DNA of 64,000 bases from Bdellovibrionales bacterium (lineage in GTDB: Bacteria; Bdellovibrionota; Bdellovibrionia; Bdellovibrionales; UBA1609), in NCBI GenBank assembly GCA_965261545.1, contig CBDHDF010000006.1, forward strand, positions 64,001 to 128,000, given 5' to 3'. The notes below the pieces were generated by a model, which ran no database searches, was not told the DNA's origin, and saw only the letters and a program-made list of their open reading frames with translations. Below, one piece after another: positions 1-9,546 of the stretch. The stretch's first letter is position 1. Every line of letters starts with the position of its first letter. The translations under genes and the position numbers were made by a program.

Positions 1-2
1 CC

Positions 3-854
3 ACCTTATCTGATCTTATTCATCGAATCATCCACAGGGAACGAGATGGTCACAAAATTCGTGGTTTGGAGGTCATTGGAGTCGATGAAATTTCTTATGC
101 TAAGGGAAGGAAGTTTATTACCTTGATTTACGACATGAAGAAAGGCTGTGTCGTTTGGATTGGAAAAGGTAAGGGTAAGGAGACAATAGACTCCTTTTTT
201 ACAAAGGAACTCAGCCAATATCAGCGAGACAAAATTAGAGTGGCTTGTTGTGATATGGCTCAAGGCTACATCTCCTCTATCAAGGAGCATTGTAAGAATG
301 CTACTCTCGTTTTGGACAAATTTCACATTATTCAATCCCTCAACAGGGCTGTGGATGAGGTGAGAAAAGAAATTTGGAGAGATGCCTGCAAGAAGGACAG
401 AAAGGCTATTAAGGGAACTCGCTGGTTGATAGCCTACAGTTCATCCTCTCGTAGTAAGGCCCAAACTCGTAAAATTAACCTCATGGAGAAATCTAACAAT
501 AAAATATTCAGAGCATGGCTGCTTAAAGATAATTTTGAGCATTTCTGGGATTATGTGAGTCCAGGTCATGCTGCGAATTTTCTGAATGCCTGGATCACTC
601 GTGCCTTAAGATCACGCATTGATTCTATGAAAAAGTTTGCCTTGATGCTCAGGAAGCACCAAGAAAATATTCTTTCCTTCATTAAAGATCCTGTCACAAA
701 TGCCAAGGCTGAGGGAATCAATCGCCTTCTAAAGATCATAAAAAATCGGGCTTCAGGATTTAAGAACCTACAGGGTTTTGAGAATATGATTTACTTGTGT
801 GCTGGGGATTTGGATATTGTTGGAAGTTTCCCCAAGCGTTTTTGTACATTATAG
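3..854 (+). CDS. ISL3-family transposase, 5' end outside window
   Basis: Frame open from window edge; motifs IGVDEIS, ACCDMAQGY, VLDKFHIIQ, TNAKAEGINRLLKIIKNRASGF typical of ISL3 DDE transposases. Confidence 0.93.
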   Translation, partial: TLSDLIHRIIHRERDGHKIRGLEVIGVDEISYAKGRKFITLIYDMKKGCVVWIGKGKGKETIDSFFTKELSQYQRDKIRVACCDMAQGYISSIKEHCKNATLVLDKFHIIQSLNRAVDEVRKEIWRDACKKDRKAIKGTRWLIAYSSSSRSKAQTRKINLMEKSNNKIFRAWLLKDNFEHFWDYVSPGHAANFLNAWITRALRSRIDSMKKFALMLRKHQENILSFIKDPVTNAKAEGINRLLKIIKNRASGFKNLQGFENMIYLCAGDLDIVGSFPKRFCTL

Positions 855-918
855 TTTTTATTGTCGATCAACATTTCTTTTTCCAATTCACCTCCCCATA
901 CTAACTCCGCCAAGATGA

Positions 919-1017
919 GTCAGTTATCCACAGACTCATCCATGGCGACGCTGCGGCTATGGCCCTCGGAGCCACAATAAAGCAGCGCTGCTGTGGGTGA
1001 GTCTTGTGGATAACGGC
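919..1017. repeat. DnaA-box-bounded hairpin cassette, copy in ISL3
   Basis: AGTTATCCACAG...TTGTGGATAAC imperfect palindrome homologous to 6213-6311, 29247-29344 and 31828-31925. Confidence 0.9.
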
Positions 1018-1532
1018 GGCTCTCCACACAAGTGATTTGGTAGCCCTGTCCTCCGTGTTTTTATGTACAAATCTTAGGAATAACCTGTACATCCAGTTTT
1101 TAGCTATTTCCCTAGGGAATTTGGACTTTAGGCTCCGAGAAACTCGGATATAGCCGAATATTGCAAGAGCTGTATTCTTATTTTTGGCTCTTCAATTATA
1201 CAAAGATTCAAATGAGCATAAATGAGGATGAAGACAGTGTGAATCAGTTGGTGAAAAATGACTACAAAAAACCTAACTTTAAACTGATTCTTGATTTCAT
1301 AATGGATAGCATCCCTCTTTTTGTTGCGGGGCTCTATCAGAAATTTAGGAAGCAGATAAAGTTGCTGATGAAGATTTCAATGGAGAAGAGGAGGCACTTC
1401 AAAAGAAGCTATGAAAGGTCTATCAAAAGGGCTGGGAGTTCTTTTAAAAGAAATAGCTTAACGCATGTTAGCTGACAATTAAAATGCCCCACCGTCGCCA
1501 ATGAAAAGTGGCCACTTTTCAGAGGAGGACCT

Positions 1533-1907
1533 ATGGTGATTTTTGGCATTGTCAACCGAGACGCATATAATCAATTGATATTACTCATAAAAAGGCTCCG
1601 AGCTGATAAGAACTCCTTTTGGGTTCTTGTCGACCTGGAAAGGGGCTCCGTGTTGGAGAGTCCTTCCATGACAGCCTATTCAGGTTCCATATTTCTCATT
1701 TGTAGACTGTTTCTGGATTTCAATGAGGTTAAATATATAGTCAAGAAAAGCCTGTTTAGGCTGTGCCCATTTTCTAAAGTATTTAAATTCCACAAGATTC
1801 CAACATTTGCCTCAATTTTCATGGAATTTCTTTTTGAAGACAGGCTTCCCTTAAAGCCGTCGCCAATTAAAATGTCCCACTTTCAATATGGAGGTTGTCG
1901 CCAATGA
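1533..1907 (+). CDS. Hypothetical 124-aa ORF in left end of IS21-A
   Basis: GAGGAGG RBS just upstream of ATG; open in both copies; no family recognised. Confidence 0.3.
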   Translation: MVIFGIVNRDAYNQLILLIKRLRADKNSFWVLVDLERGSVLESPSMTAYSGSIFLICRLFLDFNEVKYIVKKSLFRLCPFSKVFKFHKIPTFASIFMEFLFEDRLPLKPSPIKMSHFQYGGCRQ

Positions 1908-2281
1908 AAAGTGACCAATCTTCAGGGAGTGTTCAAATACTAGACAATGAAGTCTCTTCTTCTGATATAGATACTAAGCTCACAGAGTCCCTCCCTTTTG
2001 CAACTCAAAAGGTTAGCAATGAGGAGGATCTTATGATTAGTCAATACACTTTCGGCCGCATTCGTGACCTGAGTCACAGTGGTAAAAATAAGACAGAAAT
2101 ATCTCGTGAATTAGGGATCAATCGTAAGACGGTGCGCAAGTACTGTAAGTCCAACACCCCACCGAAGTACAAGGCGAGGTCCAAAAGAACTCGCCCAGAT
2201 CCCCTTAATGGATATATGGATCGGGTGAAGTACTTTTTGAAGTTGAACCCAAGTAACACCGCCCGTGAAATATATGAGCTA

Positions 2282-4180
2282 CCTGAAATCCCTAAAAGTT
2301 GTAACTAGGTGTAGGACTTAAGTCCTGATTATTGTCTGAGAAGGCCTTCACTTTGATTAAGAGATTGTCATCTCTTCAAAAGCATAGTTACAATATTAAC
2401 GATGTCATACACTTTTGAGCAAAAAAATAAGGGAAAAACCTATGTCTATAAAGTTGAAAGCTTTTGGGACAAGGAAAAAAAGCAGGCCAGGCAAAAACGC
2501 ATCTACCTTGGAAGAAAGGATGAGTTTACAGGTCAAATTAAGACCAAAAGAAAAAAGATTCCCATAGGCTCCTATAATGTGGGAGCCTTATTTTTCTTAG
2601 AGAAAATATGCGAACAACTAAATCTTCTAAAAACATTGTCTAAAATTTATCCAGATAATTACGAACATTATTTGCATTTAGCTTTTTTTAAAATAATCAA
2701 AAGAGAGCCCTTTTATCTTTACGATATGTGGTGTCAAGAAGCTTATGTTTCAAAGAAAAATTTTATGTCGTCACAAAAAATAAGCAATCTCTTATGTGAT
2801 CTTGGGAGAGATCAAAAAAAGATAGAATCTTTCTTTAGCGAATGGATAAATCAAGTGAAGGGTTCTGGTACGGTAATGTTTGACATCACATCCTTTTCTT
2901 CCTACTCTATGAATAATGAATTTTTAGAGAAAGGTTACAACAGAGATGGAGAGAATCTCGAACAAATAAACTTAGGTCTGATAAGTAGGAAATCTGAAGA
3001 CAATAAAACTCATACGCCTATAGCGTACAGAATCTATCCTGGAAGTATACCGGATGTCAAAACTTTATCGAATATTATTGAGATCATAACAAGTTATAAA
3101 TTAGATTTAGATTGTTTAGTTATGGATAAGGGTTTTTCTAGTGTAGAAAATATTAAGGGACTGCATCGTAAGGAATTGAAGTATTTGATACCCATGAGTT
3201 TTAGAACAAAACTCTCAAGAGAGCTTGCTGTGGCTTTAAATGAGAAAATAAAATCTCCATCATGCTCTTTTACTTTTAATGAGGAAATTTATTCGCATTG
3301 CAAAGAATCAATAAAAATCGGAGGATTTGATTGTACGGCTCATATTTTCTTAGACAAAGAAAGAAGGGTTTATGAGGAATCTGTGTTAATGAAAGAGTTG
3401 CTTGATTTTATGAAACTCTTTCTTGAGAAAGATTTGAAATCAGAAGAACAAGCTAGTTCCTATATGAAAGAAACTTTAGGAAATAAAAAAAGGTTTCTCA
3501 ATATCTCTGATTGCACTCCATTTAAGATTTCTTTAAATGAAGAAAATATTAATGAAGAATCTTCTACGCTGGGTATTATGATATTAATTACAAATAGTCA
3601 TGATTTAAAGAAAACAAATATATTGAGTTTATATCGAAACAAAGATATCATTGAGAAAGTATTTTTCTCATTCAAGCATGATATTAATGGAAGGAGAAGT
3701 CGAGTTCATTCTCTCATGAATATGAGGGGAAGCATCTTTATTAATTTTCTCTCTTTAATTTTAATTTCACATATTGATACTGTTATGAAAGATAAGAAGT
3801 TATATAAAAAAATGTCTAAAATAGAAATTTACAAAATGATGGACCGATTAAAATTTTATGAATTAGCTACAGGTGATCTGATGCTTGGAGAGCTGTCTAA
3901 AAAACAAAAGGATATTTTTTCAGCCTTCCAAATAGATGGGCTTCCCAAGACAAAATGATGTTTTTTATCTGTTTCAAATGTGACGGTGGCTGTGGCTACC
4001 ACTATGCCTCATCTATCCAATGGGGACGAAGAGGACCTTTCGCAGCAAATTCTTATGAATCATATTAAATATATTAATACTATTAAACCTCTCAAACCGT
4101 TGACAGCAGCCAATTCCATAGGAAGAGAGGAAAGTTAACGCAATACATTAAACCTAGTTACAACTTTTAGGGATTTCAGG
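2282..4180 (+). mobile_element. IS1634-family element A
   Basis: 29-bp perfect IR CCTGAAATCCCTAAAAGTTGTAACTAGGT; 6-bp TSD GAGCTA (2276-2281, 4181-4186); empty site seen in IS21-A copy 2. Confidence 0.95.
2402..3958 (+). CDS. IS1634-family transposase (518 aa)
   Basis: FDITSFSSYS, GYNRD, YPGSIPD, MDKGF, YRNKDIIEKVF motifs. Confidence 0.9.
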   Translation: MSYTFEQKNKGKTYVYKVESFWDKEKKQARQKRIYLGRKDEFTGQIKTKRKKIPIGSYNVGALFFLEKICEQLNLLKTLSKIYPDNYEHYLHLAFFKIIKREPFYLYDMWCQEAYVSKKNFMSSQKISNLLCDLGRDQKKIESFFSEWINQVKGSGTVMFDITSFSSYSMNNEFLEKGYNRDGENLEQINLGLISRKSEDNKTHTPIAYRIYPGSIPDVKTLSNIIEIITSYKLDLDCLVMDKGFSSVENIKGLHRKELKYLIPMSFRTKLSRELAVALNEKIKSPSCSFTFNEEIYSHCKESIKIGGFDCTAHIFLDKERRVYEESVLMKELLDFMKLFLEKDLKSEEQASSYMKETLGNKKRFLNISDCTPFKISLNEENINEESSTLGIMILITNSHDLKKTNILSLYRNKDIIEKVFFSFKHDINGRRSRVHSLMNMRGSIFINFLSLILISHIDTVMKDKKLYKKMSKIEIYKMMDRLKFYELATGDLMLGELSKKQKDIFSAFQIDGLPKTK

Positions 4181-5402
4181 GAGCTATTAGTTGAGGAGGG
4201 TTATCGTGGGAGTGAGAGAACGGTTCAGAGAAGAGTTTGTGAGATTCTTGGTTCTCGCCCCAAGGAGCGTTTTTTCAGCCAAAGATATGATCCTGGAGAA
4301 CAGGCTCAGTTTGATTTTAAGGAGAAGGTTGCTTTACCATTTGCCGATGGTGTTCAGATCGTTCATCTCCATTTTGGAACATTGCCTTGTAGTGGCACCT
4401 GTTGGGTTCGTGCCTACCCCTTTCTTGTCTATGAGTGTTTCATCGATGGGGTGCATGCTTTTTTGAAAAGATAGGTGGGATGAGTGCGAACATCCGTATT
4501 GATAATTTATCTCCCTGTGTGAAGAAAGTTCTTAAAGGAAATCAGCGAATTTACACCCAATCTTTTGATCGAGCCATCCAATACTATGGATTTAAGGTTC
4601 TTCCCTGCCGCGCAGGGAAGGGCTCTGACAAGGGAGATGTGGAGCGTGATATTCGAACCTTCAGTTCTCGGATAAAAAATATTGTTAGAAACAAAGGAAT
4701 TGTTTTTAAAGACTGGGATCATTTGAATCAGTTTTTAGAGTCTTATATGGATCAGCATCAGAGTGACTCCACCAAATCTCGCTTTGAGGAGGAGGCCAAA
4801 GTTCTTAAGCCTTTGCCTCCACGAGATGAAGATATTCTCTGTAAGGTGAATATTTGTCAAAGTAATGGTTATGGGACTTTGAGAATAGGTAAAACCACAT
4901 ATTCCATACCTGATGAGGTGATCCAATCTCCCTGTAAAACCGTACAGGGTCCCTATCATGTCACGATCTATCGTGCAGGAGGGAAGCAAGAAATTGTCGC
5001 TCGCCATCAAAGAAAACCTGATGGGGAGCATAGTCTTCTTCTTGAACATATCCTTCCCTCTTTAGTTCGTAAGCCGCAAGCCATGGTAAGATGGGCTCAC
5101 CGATCCATTCTTTTTCCAACAAATGTGTTTGAAAATTTTTATCAATACCTCAAGCAACAAGATTCAAGCCGTGCCGAGCATGAATATTTAAGAGTTATCA
5201 ACTTGATTCAGCATGTGAGTTGGCAGGACTTATCTACAGCCATGGAGCTTCAATTAGAAAGTCGTGAGATTTTCGACTTTAAATCCATAAAAGATTTGCT
5301 CTTAGGCAATCCCACCAAAATTAATTTGAATGACCAACAAAAACCACTTCAACCTAGATTGTCTCAATATGACAGTCTTGTTCCAAACATAGGAGGTTCT
5401 TA

Positions 5403-6185
5403 ATGAATCACGAAGAACTTATAGGTTCTCTTAAAAAACTCCGACTTCCAGCGATGGCGGATGAATATGTTGCAACGGCTAGAGTTGCCGAAAAAACAAA
5501 AAAGACGTATGAACAGTATTTAGGTATACTCGTTCAAAATGAGCTTGCTGACAAGCATTCCCAGAGAGTGAAAAGATTGCTTAAGGGGGCCAAGCTTCCT
5601 CAACTTAAATCACTCCAAACTTATAACTTCCAGAAAAGAACGGGAGTGACAGCTCAGCAAATTAATTGGATGGCAGAGGGAGAGTGGGTCAGAAAAGCCT
5701 GTAATGTTGTGTTTTACGGAAGCTTTGGAATGGGGAAAAGTCATTTGGCCATGTCCCTAGTTCGTTCACTCTGTGAACAAGGCTATCGATGTTTATGGGT
5801 CACCACTCATGAACTTATTGAAACAATGCGTGAAAGCAAGAAAGAACTCTCATTGAATGCTCTTTTTAAGAAATTAGACCGTTTTGATCTTATTGCTTGT
5901 GATGAACTTGGCTATACAGCTTCCTGCACAGAGGGGGCAGATCTTTTCTTTCAATTCATATCTCAGCGATATGAAAGGAAAAGTCTCATGATCACTACAA
6001 ACTTAACATACTCTGAATGGGATAAGGTGTTTCTTAACCCTATTACCACCGCTGCTGCTGTTGATCGAATCATTCACAACTGTGAAACCCTCAACATTGA
6101 AGGAAAAGAAAGTTGGAGAACCGAATCGGCAAAAGCCAAGTCTAAACAGAGCAAAGAGGAAAGTTCAACCAAAGAAGTTCATTAG
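5403..6185 (+). CDS. istB: IS21 helper AAA+ ATPase IstB
   Basis: Walker A GSFGMGKS, Walker B LIACDELGY, ITTNL, DRIIH; overlaps istA stop (TAATG). Confidence 0.96.
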   Translation: MNHEELIGSLKKLRLPAMADEYVATARVAEKTKKTYEQYLGILVQNELADKHSQRVKRLLKGAKLPQLKSLQTYNFQKRTGVTAQQINWMAEGEWVRKACNVVFYGSFGMGKSHLAMSLVRSLCEQGYRCLWVTTHELIETMRESKKELSLNALFKKLDRFDLIACDELGYTASCTEGADLFFQFISQRYERKSLMITTNLTYSEWDKVFLNPITTAAAVDRIIHNCETLNIEGKESWRTESAKAKSKQSKEESSTKEVH

Positions 6186-6212
6186 AGATCCCCACTTTTG
6201 GGGAAGGAACTC

Positions 6213-6311
6213 GCCAGTTATCCACAAAAATTTATCCACAGCAGCACTGCGTTGCTAGACATCGGGGTCACAGCCGCAGTGTCGCCATGGATAAATTTAT
6301 GGATAACTGGC
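6213..6311. repeat. DnaA-box-bounded hairpin cassette, copy in IS21-A copy 1
   Basis: Two TTATCCACA boxes then two inverted near-boxes in one long palindrome downstream of istB. Confidence 0.9.
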
Positions 6312-6471
6312 TTTTACCGTACTATTTGCTCGTCACTCTCGCGGAGCTTTAGACATTAGCTGCGCCAAGGAATCCTGAAAAATACTCCATTTACCTCTGC
6401 CATAGGGCTGAAGGATGCATTTGGGGTCATGCCAAAAGTGGTGGGCAGAAAATCATTCCTCAGAATCTTGT

Positions 6472-8382
6472 CCCGAGTTTGACAGCAGCATCTGCGTTAA
6501 AATGCGAAATTTCCAGAAATTGGGGTTGTACTGAAATATAATGGTAGCTGCTGGAAAAATTAAAATTGACGTAAAAAAAGTGTAGAAAACAAAATAGGAT
6601 TTTATCGTTTTAAATATTGATATATCATAGAAATATGTAGAAAATATCCTCATGTACATCCAAACGACTAAAACTCAAAAGGTCAGTGCTACTACCACCT
6701 TGTGGAGTCCTACAGAGAAAAAGGCAAATCCAAAAAACGCATGCTCATGTCCTTAGGTAAGGCTGGAGAAGGAGGAGAGGATAAGATTAATAGTTTGGCG
6801 CAGGCCGTATCCCGCCACCGAGAGCTTCTCACTGTGAGTCAATTGGCTAAGGAGCTTTACATCGAAGAGACTTTCATTTTGGGTCCCTTGCTGATTTTAC
6901 AAAAGTTGTTTGATCAACTGGGTATCAATAAGACCCTCAAAGACATAAAAGATTCTCATGAGAAAGTTCAATTTGATTTATGTAAGGTGATTTTTACCTT
7001 AGTTGCCAGCCGATTTATTGCTCCTAGTTCCAAGTTAAAGGTTTTTGAGTATTGGCAAAAATCTTTTTACCCAGACATGATTAAGGGTGATTTGAGTCTC
7101 CAGCATATTTATCGGTCTATGGACTTACTTGCCTCCCATAAGGATGAAATAGAGAACTCGCTTTATTGGGTGGGGCGAGATTTATTTAATTTCCAAGTAG
7201 ACATTGTGTTGTATGATTTAACAACCTTACGCTTCGAGAGTACAAGAACAGACTTAGGGAAACTTCGTCAATTTGGCTATAGTAAAGAGAGACGATCAGA
7301 CTGCACCCAAGTTGTCTTTGGTTTGTTGGTGAATCGGGATGGCATCCCTTTAGGTTTTGAGGTTTTCCCTGGTAATACTTTTGAAGGCAAGACGCTTTCA
7401 GATATTGTTGATAAAATGAGAAAAAAGTTTAATGTACGCCGTTTCATTTTTGTGGCTGATAGGGGGCTTTTATCAAAGGCTAATACTGACAAACTCAGTG
7501 AGGATCAAAGCGAGTTTATTGTTGGTATGAAGCTTGGATCTTTAAAAAAAGAAAAGAAACAAGAGGTCTATGATTTAAATCGTTTTAGCTGGGTATATGA
7601 GAATGAGCTTGCTGTTTACGAAACAGACCATGGGGGGCATAGATGTATTGTGACTTGGTCTAGGAAAAGAGCAGAGAGAGATAAAAAATCTAGAGAATCC
7701 CTTCTTGAAAAGATCGAAGGAAAACTATCTTCTAAAGGTGTTCAGTCTAGTACTTTTGTTTCCAATAAAGGTTATAAGAAATATGTAAAGATGGCTGACG
7801 ACAAAAATAAAAAACCTGAATTAAATGCAGAACAAATAGAATTAGATGAAAAAATTGATGGTTTTTTGCCGTCCTTACAAATGTCAAAGACTTGACGGCA
7901 GATGAGATTATTATCAACTACAAAGAATTGTGGAAAATTGAAGATGCTTTTGGTGAGTTAAAAGGGACTTTGAAAACACGTCCTGTTTTCCATTGGACAG
8001 ACCAGAGGATTATTGGACATTTAACTCTATGCTTTTTAACTTATCTTTGTGAGGCCCACCTTACAAAATGTTTAAGAGATAAGAAGATGAACCTAAAAAG
8101 CCCAGCCATAGGCATTGGTCATGTTAAAGAGCGACCTTTAACTGTTGTAGAGGCCATGAGGGAACTCAAGGAAGTTAGGGCTATCCCTGTTAAAATTCGT
8201 GATCAAGTCATTTGGACCCGCACAGATATCACTGGCAATGCCAACTCCTTATTTAAAGCCGCAGGCGTCCCCATCCCTCCCAGAATCCTTAATGCCCACA
8301 AGTGTGGATAAACAAAATACAACTGTATGCGTTAATCCTTTAATATCATTCGTTTGACGCAGATGCTGCTGTCAAACTCGGG
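6472..8382 (+). mobile_element. IS1634-family element B, copy 1
   Basis: IR CCCGAGTTTGACAGCAGCATCTGCGT; flanked by 53-bp direct repeat 6419-6471 / 8383-8435. Confidence 0.95.
6652..8311 (+). pseudogene. IS1634-B transposase with two 1-bp homopolymer deletions (about 6670 and 7862), possibly sequencing errors
   Basis: Translated fragments match the intact 9618-11279 copy; A4 vs A5 and T6 vs T7. Confidence 0.85.
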
Positions 8383-9546
8383 ATTTGGGGTCATGCCAAA
8401 AGTGGTGGGCAGAAAATCATTCCTCAGAATCTTGTGGCATAGTCCGAGTTAAATGATGAGCAAAATAAAGACACTTGACTAAACTCTGAACGAAGAATAA
8501 CTAAATCAGTACATCATCAACTGGCCGTTTTTCATTGGCGACGGCTTCTAAAAATGGCCAATTTTAATTGGCGCCTAACAACGCAGAGGCAGAGGGGTGT
8601 GGTGGCTTAAGGAAACGGCATTGCCCAAGGGGTGGTTGACCATCCAGAGTTTAACTGAGTGAGGTCACTTGCTGAGTTGACATTGGGAGGAGGGACTCCG
8701 CCTCTTCCCAATGTATTCCCACTGATAATACGACCAAAACCATAACTTAATGTGACCGTCCCGCGGCTCTCCCCTAGAAGGGCACCACTATAGGAAGAAG
8801 GGCGAGAAGAGGTGGTGGCGGTGGCAGAAACACTTCCTGTTGCGTAACTTGAAGTGATAGTTCCATTCCCACTCGATCCTGCATTGCTTCCCACCAAGCC
8901 ACCAGCCCAGGAGGAGGAACGAACACCGCTGTCTAAGGATAAGGCAAAAACATTTCCTGTTGCATAGCTTGAGGTGATTGTACCACCATTAGATCCCACC
9001 AAGCCACCACTGCTGGAGTTAGAAGTCAAAATAGAGGCGGACGCAGAGGATGCAGAGGAGGAAACATCTCCTGTTGCATAACTTGAAATGATGGCTCCTC
9101 TATTGTTATGTCCTACCAAACCGCCACTATTGGAGGAGATAGATAAGAGGGAAACAGAGGAAGCAGAGGAGGCAGAGGAGGAAGAAGAAAAAACAGCTCC
9201 TGTTGCGTAACTCGAAATGATAGTTCCACTATTATAGCCCACCAAACCACCACTGTAAGATGTGGACAAGATGGAGGAAGAGTTGATGGAGGCAGAAACG
9301 GTTCCTGTTGCATAACTTGAGGTGATGGTGCCACCATTATATCCCACCAAACCACCGCTGTAGGATGTAGACGAGTTGGAGGAAGGGTTAGGGGTGGAGG
9401 AAAGAAAGGAGGAAAAAACAGATCCTGTTGCGTAGCAATCCTTGATCCTACCAAAATTTATCGCAACTAAAGAACCCACATAATCTCTACCTTCCACATC
9501 GGCCATTTCAATACCAAGATTTTTAACAGTCCCACCAACTCTTAAT

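Larger units (their letters stand above)
1..1155 (+). mobile_element. ISL3 element, right part, inserted into an IS4-family transposase
   Basis: Right end inferred at ...CGGATATAGCC (GGCTAT on minus strand, ISL3-like); the next bases GAATATTGCAAGAG resume an IS4-like frame (G)ILQELY. Left end and TSD not visible. Confidence 0.7.
2033..5403 (+). pseudogene. istA: IS21 transposase IstA, interrupted by IS1634-A and with a 1-bp T-run deletion at 4459-4464
   Basis: Fragments match the intact 32735-34201 copy; HTH ISRELGINRKTVRKY, QFDF, DN and KGDVE motifs. Confidence 0.93.
1466..8580 (+). mobile_element. IS21-family element A, copy 1 (carries two IS1634 insertions)
   Basis: TGTTAG...CTAACA ends, repeated GTCGCCAAT(G/T)AAAA motifs, 5-bp TSD ACGCA (1461-1465, 8581-8585), istA/istB inside. 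Confidence 0.95.
1156..8623 (+). pseudogene. IS4-family element remnant: transposase C-terminus (1156-1465 plus 8586-8610) and right IR, split by IS21-A
   Basis: ILQELYSYFWLFN...RSYERSIKR resembles IS4 transposase C-termini; frame rejoins after the ACGCA duplication to stop at 8610; terminus CTTAAGGAAACGGCATTG (rc CAATGCCGTTTCCTTAAG) resembles IS4-type IRs; same end recurs at 35165-35217. Confidence 0.75.

Noticed and set aside
6213..6311. Replication origin suggested by clustered DnaA boxes
   Set aside because: Four copies, all inside IS elements; no dnaA or unwinding-element context
6652..8311. Programmed frameshifting in the IS1634-B or IstA transposases
   Set aside because: Sister copies are continuous frames; differences are single homopolymer bases
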